Notes under the pieces: generated by a model
Database searches by the model: none
What the model saw: only the letters and a program-made list of their open reading frames with translations
Told to the model about the DNA's origin: nothing
Source of the DNA: a virus
Lineage: Duplodnaviria; Heunggongvirae; Uroviricota; Caudoviricetes
Length of the DNA: 13,554 bases
IMG/VR virus record: IMGVR_UViG_3300025858_001097
Reading direction: 5' to 3' (one strand)
Made by a program: the position numbers and the translations under genes
Part shown: in pieces, positions 6,731-13,554 of the stretch
Numbering within the stretch: the first letter of the stretch is position 1
Layout: each line of letters opens with the position of its first letter

Positions 6731-9700
6731 ATGAAACCAATCGATATTATAACCAAGCAAATGCACACCATCAACGACGACAATCTTACTGTTTTGAGAG
6801 AAGCAAGGGATCTTTGGGGCGGAATGTTTGATTCGAAGAAGAAAGAGATTATCGCCAAAATGAAAAGTCTCGGAATTCAAGAGACTCATTTTATTGTAAA
6901 CAAGGATTATACTGTAGATACTACAAAAGATGTTATGATAATAACAAAGAAATTTGAAACTTGTCCTGTTGAGTTCAACGTGGCACATGGCAATTTTATA
7001 TGGCATTATGCCAGTCTAACAAGTATGAAGAATCTACCGAAAATAGTTAAAGGAAATTTTGTAATATCTAATAACAAAATTAAATCAATGCAAGATTCGC
7101 CAACAACAATAGTAGTAGGTCAATTCAATTGCACTGGAAACCCTTTAAAAAATTTAAAAGGAGGTCCTTTAAAAACTGGAGATTATATTGCTATGATGTG
7201 CGGATTAGAATCTTTGGAAGGATCTCCCGATGAAGTAAGTGGAAATTTCTTAGTTGGTAGTAATAATCTCACGTCACTCGAACACAGTCCAAACGTAGTT
7301 AAGGGTCTATATGATTGCAGCAACAACAAATTAAAAAGTTTGGATGGAATAACAGAAGGACTAAATAGAATAAAATCAGATGGTAATTTAGTAGATTTAA
7401 AATTAATTCCAAAATCAGAAAAGTCAGAAAAGAAAGAGGATAATCAACTCCATTTAGATTTTAATAAATGGAAAATTAAAGATAAAGTTGTTTATCATAA
7501 ACCTGGTAGTATATTTGACGAGATTAAAGGAATGATTAGAGATGTAGAAGATCCAACCGCAAAAACCCCTGAAACAAGATATCAAGTTTGGTTTAAGAAA
7601 AATGATAATCCATCGATTGAGAAAGATTTCTCAATTTTACATATAAAAGGAGAACATTTAAGAAAATGGGAAGAAGATTTTGAAATAAATGATCAAGTAA
7701 TTTATAGAAATTCTAAAAGTAAATATAATGGTTATAAAGGAGAGATAGTTACTATTGAAACTATGGGTGAAGAAAAATCTTATAAAGTTAAATTTGATTT
7801 CGAATATAATCCAGGTCTTGTAAATATTGTGAGTGATAAAAATAAAACAGCTGGAAACATAAGAGTAAAGGACATAAAAGGAGAAAATTTAGAGAAAATA
7901 AATTGGAAAGACAGCCCTTTTGCAGATATTATTGTAAGTGATGATGAAAAAATAAGAGTTGAAAAAGATCCTAAAAACAATTTTATTGTTGGTGAAAAAG
8001 CCTATTTTGCTGGAAGAACTGTTATATTGTTAAATCTAAAAACACCTTTAATATGGAATGTTGAATACGAATTTCCTTCAAAAGACGAAGATGAAATATT
8101 TGCAGTTCATTGTGATAATTTGACAAAAATTAAAAAACAAGACGAACCTGTTTGGAAAATTCTTGATCCAATTGTTTATCTTGATCCTAATGGACCTTAT
8201 GACAAATGTAAAGGTCTTATTAGTTATGTTAGTGGTAACGGTGGTGTTATAGATATTGATATATTAGATAAAAAAGGAAATCGAGTAGAATTAACAAATG
8301 TTGATCATAAAAAATTAGAAAAAGACATCACTCCTAAATCGGATAAGAAAAAGAAAAAATTTAAAGCAGGAGATAATATAATTTATTTATCGACGAGTGA
8401 AAATGATAAAAATAAAAGACTACATTTATGTAAAGGAAAAATATTTTGTTCTAATGTGGCTATTTCTCCTGATGGTAGAAAAGGAACTTATGATGTAAGA
8501 ATTATTGATAGAGATGGTAGAGAAGAAACTGTGTTTTGGGTAGGCCCCGAAAATCTTAAATCACAAGAAGATAAATTCGCTAAGGGCGATAAGATCATAT
8601 ATAATAAAAAAGATGACGAATATGACGGCAAAATAGGAACTGTCGTAGATGTAGATAAAGACAAATATATATTATCTTTAAATATAGATAAAGATCTTGT
8701 CACGATTTCAGCGGTAGATTCTGATAATTTGACTAAATATATAAAGCCATTTGAGGCTAGAGTGCATATAAACGATGAAGTAATTTATACAAGAGAAGAT
8801 AGTAAATATTTTGGATGCAACGGAATCGTTACATCATACGACGTTTCTGCTGATAAATTTTCAGTTGAAATAAAATCTAAAGACAATAGAGTTATTAAAA
8901 TTCAAACTAAAGATGAAAATCTTGAACTGATTCCTCCAAAAAAGGAATTTAAAAAGGGAGATAAAATAAGGTATATTAATAGTGAAAGCCCTCACGACGG
9001 TTTAATTGGTCAAGTGGAAGAAAAGAAAGCAAACGGTCAATATAGTATCAAATTGAAAAATTCTAGAGGTGATAAAATATATCTAACGACCAGCGCAGAT
9101 TTTCTTATTCTCCTAGAAGAATCTTCAGATGTTGAATCTGGAGAAATTAAATATGGAGATTATGTAAAATACACATTTCCAGGTAGTAAACATGACGGTA
9201 GAATAGGAATATTTCAAGGAACAAGAGAAAAAGATGGAGCGTGGATTGTTCAATTTGATGACGACATATCATATTTAAAACTTTATGTTGATCCTGGAAC
9301 TTTACATTTAACCAATGAAAGACCATCTAAAAAACCCATTGCGACTACAACACATACTCCACCGGCTACAACAACGAGAAAGAAAAAGAAAAAAGAAAAA
9401 CCAATACCAAGAAAGCCAGTTTTAGTTTATAATAGAAGAAATGTAGCCAAAAGAGCCTACAGACCTCCAACGACCGGAGCGACTGAAACAATAGAAGATC
9501 TAGAACCAATCGAATTCAGAATTGGAGACAAAATAAAAGTCACTAAAGAAGGAGAATATAAAGGACAAATAGGTGAAATAACGAGTACTTGGAAGGAGCA
9601 TGATGGAACTAAAAAATATTCCATTAGATTAAGTACGATGCCTTATTATAGATACGTCGTTGGTGGCTGTAGTGAAGATGAAATGGAGTTAGTTGATGGA

Positions 9701-10504
9701 GATGAAAATTCTAGTGAGTTAGAAGATGACGTAAAAGTTGGTGATAAAGTAATTATCAATAATTCTCAATTTGTCGTTAGTGGTTCGGAAGGAGTAATAG
9801 AAAGACTGCCTATTTCTACGGATATTCCATCGAACAGAAGATATGAAATATCTGTTAGTAATCTATCAATTTGGCTTACTAGAGATCAATTCAAAAAGAA
9901 AAAGGATGAAAAAGAAAAAATTGAATTTTCAAGAGGCGACAGTGTAAAAATTAAAAATACAGACATTAAAGGAAAAATATTAGGTAAATGGGTAGTAAAA
10001 GGAGTCACTAAATATTCCGTTAAAAAACCAAACGGATTGGTAGTATTTGGTGATAAACCAGGGCTTGTTGGAGGACTTAAAGCGGAAGAATTAGAAAAAA
10101 TTGATGATAGTGAGTTAGAAGATAAAAAAGAAAAAGAAGGTGAGTTTTTTCCAGGCGATAGAGTGAGAATAAAAGAAGATGGAAATGTTGGAACGATATT
10201 AGATAAATGGCCGTATAGTGGAAAGCTAAGATATTCTGTGAAAATGCCAGAAGGCGGACCAGTTATTTTCTCCACAAAATCAAGATCAGAATTATCACCG
10301 ACTGGTTTTTCTGCGGATGAATTAGAGAAATTACCGTACGATATAGAAGTTGGCGACATTTTCGTTAGTAAATCAAATAATAATATGAAATTACAAATTA
10401 TGGAAAAACACGACAACGATAGATATTTAGTAAAATATTTGAGTGATAATACTGAAAATGAAATAAGTGGAAGCACTATATACAAATGGTGGAGAAAAAA
10501 ATAA
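6731..10504 (+). CDS. 1257-aa modular protein: about 6 LRR-type 20-22-aa repeats + about 14 tandem SH3/KOW/Tudor-like beta-barrels
   Basis: LxSLxGxPxxVxGxFxxxxNx repeats (about 7016-7390); barrels starting F/W/I-x-x-G/N-D-x-V/I at WKIKD, FEIND, FIVGE, WKILD, FKAGD, FAKGD, VHIND, FKKGD, IKYGD, FRIGD, VKVGD, FSRGD, FFPGD, IEVGD. Confidence 0.9.
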   Translation: MKPIDIITKQMHTINDDNLTVLREARDLWGGMFDSKKKEIIAKMKSLGIQETHFIVNKDYTVDTTKDVMIITKKFETCPVEFNVAHGNFIWHYASLTSMKNLPKIVKGNFVISNNKIKSMQDSPTTIVVGQFNCTGNPLKNLKGGPLKTGDYIAMMCGLESLEGSPDEVSGNFLVGSNNLTSLEHSPNVVKGLYDCSNNKLKSLDGITEGLNRIKSDGNLVDLKLIPKSEKSEKKEDNQLHLDFNKWKIKDKVVYHKPGSIFDEIKGMIRDVEDPTAKTPETRYQVWFKKNDNPSIEKDFSILHIKGEHLRKWEEDFEINDQVIYRNSKSKYNGYKGEIVTIETMGEEKSYKVKFDFEYNPGLVNIVSDKNKTAGNIRVKDIKGENLEKINWKDSPFADIIVSDDEKIRVEKDPKNNFIVGEKAYFAGRTVILLNLKTPLIWNVEYEFPSKDEDEIFAVHCDNLTKIKKQDEPVWKILDPIVYLDPNGPYDKCKGLISYVSGNGGVIDIDILDKKGNRVELTNVDHKKLEKDITPKSDKKKKKFKAGDNIIYLSTSENDKNKRLHLCKGKIFCSNVAISPDGRKGTYDVRIIDRDGREETVFWVGPENLKSQEDKFAKGDKIIYNKKDDEYDGKIGTVVDVDKDKYILSLNIDKDLVTISAVDSDNLTKYIKPFEARVHINDEVIYTREDSKYFGCNGIVTSYDVSADKFSVEIKSKDNRVIKIQTKDENLELIPPKKEFKKGDKIRYINSESPHDGLIGQVEEKKANGQYSIKLKNSRGDKIYLTTSADFLILLEESSDVESGEIKYGDYVKYTFPGSKHDGRIGIFQGTREKDGAWIVQFDDDISYLKLYVDPGTLHLTNERPSKKPIATTTHTPPATTTRKKKKKEKPIPRKPVLVYNRRNVAKRAYRPPTTGATETIEDLEPIEFRIGDKIKVTKEGEYKGQIGEITSTWKEHDGTKKYSIRLSTMPYYRYVVGGCSEDEMELVDGDENSSELEDDVKVGDKVIINNSQFVVSGSEGVIERLPISTDIPSNRRYEISVSNLSIWLTRDQFKKKKDEKEKIEFSRGDSVKIKNTDIKGKILGKWVVKGVTKYSVKKPNGLVVFGDKPGLVGGLKAEELEKIDDSELEDKKEKEGEFFPGDRVRIKEDGNVGTILDKWPYSGKLRYSVKMPEGGPVIFSTKSRSELSPTGFSADELEKLPYDIEVGDIFVSKSNNNMKLQIMEKHDNDRYLVKYLSDNTENEISGSTIYKWWRKK

Positions 10505-10510
10505 TATAAT

Positions 10511-11425
10511 GTGATAACATTCGAAGAATTTCTTTTAGAATATAAAAAAGAAGATGTAGAATTATTAAATAAATTAGATGATTATTTCACTATTGGATTT
10601 GAAATAGAAATAGATTCAACCAAAGTAAAAGAATCATGGCCTTTATATCCATCAATAACAAATAGACTTTTATTTCAAAAATTCGAAAAAACTTTTCCAT
10701 CTCTTTATAAGAAATATAAAGATAGAATATCTCTACACTACGATGAGTCTGTGCCGAATGGAATAGAAATAGTAAATTCTACATTCGATAAAGAAACATA
10801 TCCACAAACCACTCCAAAACCATTTAATAGCTTAAAAGAAGGAATTGATTATATAAATACTTTTTTCGATGATTATGAAAATCAAAATTATTGGATATTT
10901 GATAATCACACTTCTATTCACATAAATATAGGAACTAAAAAATCTATGAAATGGAATGTGGTTAAAGGAATAATGATGTTATCCGATGAATTTGCTTTTA
11001 AAGGAATTGAGGATAGAAAAACATCAGGTTATTGTAAAAGTTTGAAAAACAAATTATCTATATTTTTAGAAAAATATTTTAAAAATCCTACACATTTTTG
11101 GAGAAAAGAAATTCTTTTGAATTCAAGCGAAACCAACATAGAAAAAATAGAAAGTGGAATAGTTAATATTCTTCTTCGTAGAGGATCTCTTATCAATAAA
11201 GGTTTGGATAGAACTTATGGCATAAATTTATCGAACATTTTAATGGAGGAAAATAAATATGTGGAATTTCGTCATGTTGGCGGACCTAACATTAACAGAG
11301 AAATGATAACAGATAAAATAAAATATTTTGCTTATGTTACATATTTGATGACAAGCGATTATAGACATAATGAATATGTAAGAAAGTTATTTAGTTTTAT
11401 AAATAAATGTAAAAATGGAAATTAA
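10511..11425 (+). CDS. Putative amidoligase (Amidoligase_2, COOH-NH2 ligase superfamily) with N-terminal T4-type capsid-targeting sequence, 304 aa
   Basis: FTIGFEIE, HYDESV..GIEIV, TSIHINIG, YCKS, RTYGIN, YVEFRH motifs in order; N-terminus MITFEEFLLE; GTG start 6 nt after the upstream stop. Confidence 0.85.
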   Translation: MITFEEFLLEYKKEDVELLNKLDDYFTIGFEIEIDSTKVKESWPLYPSITNRLLFQKFEKTFPSLYKKYKDRISLHYDESVPNGIEIVNSTFDKETYPQTTPKPFNSLKEGIDYINTFFDDYENQNYWIFDNHTSIHINIGTKKSMKWNVVKGIMMLSDEFAFKGIEDRKTSGYCKSLKNKLSIFLEKYFKNPTHFWRKEILLNSSETNIEKIESGIVNILLRRGSLINKGLDRTYGINLSNILMEENKYVEFRHVGGPNINREMITDKIKYFAYVTYLMTSDYRHNEYVRKLFSFINKCKNGN

Positions 11426-11437
11426 TATATAATTGAA

Positions 11438-12247
11438 ATGCCTAAAGAATTCAGAAATATTGACAAATTTTGTGAATGTTGCGGGAAACAATTAAAATTG
11501 AACAATTCTAGAGATATTCAACGAAAAAGATTTTGTAGTCGTGAATGTAACGGTTCTTCACAACTAAAAAGATTATGGAAGGATGAGAAATTTGCAACCA
11601 AAATAATATCATTATCATCTAAACCCAATCCAAGAAAAGCTAGTAAAAATTTCAAAATACCGGTTGTTAAATGTAATAATTGTGGAAAAGAAATAAGAAA
11701 AAGAATTGGTAAGAGTGGACTTGTTTATTGTAATAGAGGATGTTATGACATGTATAGAAAAAATAATATAGTTCCAAGAGAAGATAATAGGAAAAAAATG
11801 TTGCTTAAATGTGTAATATGTGATAAAGAATACGAAAAACATCCATCTACATCTAAAAACTCCAAATATTGTAGTGTTCAATGTCATAATATAGGAAATT
11901 ATTTAAATATGCCAAAAAAGGATACAAAAATTGAAAAAATAATAGATGACAATTTAAAAAAATTAAAAATTGAATATAAAAAACAAAAGCAGATATCTAA
12001 TAAAACTGTATCTGATTTCTTTATAGAACCAAACATACTAATATATGCCGATGGAGATTACTGGCATAATCTGATTAAAAACAAAGAGAAAGATATTATC
12101 ATCAACGATTATTTAAAAAATAATGGATACAAAGTTCTTAGATATACAGAGAATGATATCATCAATAATATAGAATTTGTTATGAATGATATAAAAAATA
12201 ATATTAAAATAAAATGCCAGCAGCCAGTCAGCAACAAAGAGGATTAA
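11438..12247 (+). CDS. Free-standing putative homing endonuclease: three Zn-finger modules + Vsr/DUF559-like PD-(D/E)xK nuclease, 269 aa
   Basis: CECC..FCSREC, CNNC..YCNRGC, CVIC..YCSVQC, then TKIEK..L....I.Y..Q...SDF....IYADGDYWH..KD....L...GYKVLRY.E.DI. Confidence 0.85.
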   Translation: MPKEFRNIDKFCECCGKQLKLNNSRDIQRKRFCSRECNGSSQLKRLWKDEKFATKIISLSSKPNPRKASKNFKIPVVKCNNCGKEIRKRIGKSGLVYCNRGCYDMYRKNNIVPREDNRKKMLLKCVICDKEYEKHPSTSKNSKYCSVQCHNIGNYLNMPKKDTKIEKIIDDNLKKLKIEYKKQKQISNKTVSDFFIEPNILIYADGDYWHNLIKNKEKDIIINDYLKNNGYKVLRYTENDIINNIEFVMNDIKNNIKIKCQQPVSNKED

Positions 12248-12732
12248 TATTCGGTAAAAGAAACCAATACGGATCCATAGAAAACACACCAAAAAAATGG
12301 AAATGGGTATGGGAAGAAGGATGGGAGAATAAAGGAAAACTCCCAAAATATAAAAAGAAGAAAAAGAAATTGAATGAAAGTAAAATCATTACTTTTACTC
12401 AAATGATAAACGAACTTTATTCTAAATTAAACGAAGGTTATTATGATGATATCAACGGATGGATTTCCACATCACAAAATAACTCTGGGTTTAAAGACAA
12501 CGATCAAGTGCAAACATCAGATGGTAAGTATAAAGGAACAGTTTACGATGTCATGGTTTCTCCAGATAAAAAGGATATTTGCGTAGTTGTCAAATGGACT
12601 AATGGAACAGTTACCAAATATGGTAGGATGGATAGAAATAAAGAACTTGGAAAAGATTGGGGTGATATAACTACAATAAAGAAATTGAATGAAAGTAAAA
12701 TTCTTACATTTAATGATATAATAGAAAGTTAA
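12214..12732 (+). CDS. 172-aa putative internal head protein: basic MPAAS-QQQR N-terminal peptide, SH3-like domain, two capsid-targeting/cleavage cassettes
   Basis: N-terminus resembles DUF3008-type MPAKSxxQQR starts; KLNESKIITFTQMINE and KLNESKILTFNDIIES flank FKDNDQVQTSDGKYKGTVYDV..VVVKW; followed by a terminator; overlaps the endonuclease gene by 34 nt. Confidence 0.8.
   Translation: MPAASQQQRGLIFGKRNQYGSIENTPKKWKWVWEEGWENKGKLPKYKKKKKKLNESKIITFTQMINELYSKLNEGYYDDINGWISTSQNNSGFKDNDQVQTSDGKYKGTVYDVMVSPDKKDICVVVKWTNGTVTKYGRMDRNKELGKDWGDITTIKKLNESKILTFNDIIES
12363..12701 (+). repeat. Perfect 24-bp direct repeat AAAGAAATTGAATGAAAGTAAAAT at 12363-12386 and 12678-12701
   Basis: Both copies read directly; 315-bp (105-codon) offset, same frame. 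Confidence 0.95.
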
Positions 12733-12733
12733 A

Positions 12734-12761
12734 AAAAAAGAGGTCAATCGACCTCTTTTTT
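12734..12761. terminator. Bidirectional intrinsic terminator between convergent genes
   Basis: AAAAAAGAGGTC-aatc-GACCTCTTTTTT perfect inverted repeat right after TAA 12732; overlaps the last codons of the minus-strand gene. Confidence 0.9.
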
Positions 12762-13028
12762 GTTTAAAACAAAACCTTTAATAACTATTCTATCTGGATT
12801 TTCCTTTTCACAAGGAAATTCTTTAACAGCTTTTAATATAGCACCGTTGATTTTAATATTTCTAGCTTCAACGTGTTTGATTCTAAATCCCAAGAAATAA
12901 GTAGTCTCATCTATATCAATCACATCAAATGGTTTGAATCCAACAGTTCTCCTTAAAGTAAAGTTAGAAACTTTTCCGCAGATTTTCTTGAAAAAGTTTT
13001 CTCCGAATATATTTTTTAAATTTTTCAT
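12744..13028 (-). CDS. Hypothetical protein, 94 aa
   Basis: ATG 24 nt downstream of a TATCTTTG element; ends inside the terminator hairpin; no family recognised. Confidence 0.65.
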   Translation of the reverse strand: MKNLKNIFGENFFKKICGKVSNFTLRRTVGFKPFDVIDIDETTYFLGFRIKHVEARNIKINGAILKAVKEFPCEKENPDRIVIKGFVLNKKEVD

Positions 13029-13052
13029 AGTTTTGCGTTTTTTTTTCTAATA

Positions 13053-13060
13053 CAAAGATA
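13053..13060 (-). promoter_or_regulatory. Bacteroidota-type -7 element TATCTTTG(TA)
   Basis: Exact TAnnTTTG match just upstream of ATG 13028; nearest upstream TTTG is 28 nt away, longer than the usual 19-21. Confidence 0.5.
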
Positions 13061-13098
13061 CGCTCGAAACTTCGAATAAAAAAATTTACAAAAAAAAT

Positions 13099-13123
13099 TA
13101 AAGAATTGAAAATCAATTGATTA
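13099..13123. promoter_or_regulatory. Perfect interrupted dyad TAA-N4-TTGA-N3-TCAA-N4-TTA; candidate protein-binding site
   Basis: TAA agaa TTGA aaa TCAA ttga TTA in the 13029-13197 gap; a further half-site TAAacaaTTGA at 13151-13161. Confidence 0.45.
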
Positions 13124-13197
13124 GTCTTTAATTATAAAAATATGAAAATATAAACAATTGATTTATAGACAATTGTTATTTAGAATCAATAAAAATT

Positions 13198-13554
13198 TCA
13201 GTAGTTCATTATAAGTAATTCAGTGCCTTTGGTTAGTGCCTTACCAGCCTTAGCCATCGCGGCTTTAGCGAAATCCTTCTGTTGCCAAGCGAATTCATTC
13301 TTTGGATACCAGACTTCTAATTCGTCAAAATAATAATAAGATAGCGAAAATTTTCCTTGCATTGATTTTAAGGTGTTTGCAAGACGCGAATGATCGTCTT
13401 TTCCAAAATCGTGTTTAGAATAATATTTTTCTGTTTTGTAATATGGTGGGTCGTTATAATTATAAGTCAATTTACCATCATATTTTTTTGTGCACTCTTC
13501 AAAATCGAGATTTTCTACATCTGTTATTTTATCAATATATTTTGTCCATTTTGG
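13198..13554 (-). CDS. 3' part of a Dam-like (D12-class, alpha) DNA adenine methyltransferase; 5' end lies outside the window
   Basis: Frame is open to the window edge: PKWTKYIDKITDVENLDFEECTKKYDGKLTYNYNDPPYY..DH..LA..L....KFSLSY..ELLIMNY; DPPY motif IV. Confidence 0.88.
   Translation of the reverse strand, partial: PKWTKYIDKITDVENLDFEECTKKYDGKLTYNYNDPPYYKTEKYYSKHDFGKDDHSRLANTLKSMQGKFSLSYYYFDELEVWYPKNEFAWQQKDFAKAAMAKAGKALTKGTELLIMNY

Noticed and set aside
2755-7006. ORFs 2755-3024(+), 3752-3994(-), 4949-5299(+), 5533-5772(+), 6728-7006(-)
   Set aside because: Overlap motif-supported genes on the opposite strand and have no motifs of their own.
12363-12701. 24-bp direct repeats as CRISPR repeats or element termini
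   Set aside because: Only two copies, 315 bp apart, in frame inside a coding region; no cas, transposase or integrase gene.
7780-12747. Minus-strand ORFs 7780-7980, 8488-8703, 9886-10485, 11615-11887, 12113-12346, 12517-12747
   Set aside because: Antisense shadows of the plus-strand operon.
1-13554. Stop-codon recoding (TAG or TGA read-through as in Lak/crAss-like phages)
   Set aside because: Long genes, including the 1257-aa ORF, are intact in code 11 and end at sensible domain boundaries; no gene looks split by TAG or TGA.

Overview
AT-rich, gene-dense segment that reads as part of a large T4-like (jumbo/huge) bacteriophage genome in the standard genetic code, with a probable Bacteroidota-lineage host (inferred from TAnnTTTG-type promoter elements and a BFN+UVR gene). 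No tRNA, rRNA or CRISPR array seen. 1-3366 (-): small accessory ORFs, several missed or mis-started by the ORF track (39-aa GC-rich peptide, frameshifted 2-TM protein, lipoprotein, DUF2314-like protein, 46- and 30-aa membrane peptides, vWA protein). 3446-4264 (+): orphan beta-class SPPY DNA methyltransferase. 4261-6647 (-): 4-TM/coiled-coil protein with a PcrA/UvrD C-terminal Tudor-like domain, and a motif-degenerate bifunctional nuclease (DUF151)+UVR protein. 6731-12732 (+): 1257-aa LRR + about 14 tandem SH3/KOW/Tudor-like barrels, an Amidoligase_2 enzyme starting with a T4-type capsid-targeting sequence, a Zn-finger/Vsr-like homing endonuclease, and a small protein with duplicated capsid-targeting/cleavage cassettes. 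12744-13554 (-): a hypothetical protein and the 3' part of a Dam-like methyltransferase. The best candidate for an undescribed system is the + strand block, read as a head-packaged, protease-matured, injected payload. All family assignments come from motif recognition by eye; no searches were run.
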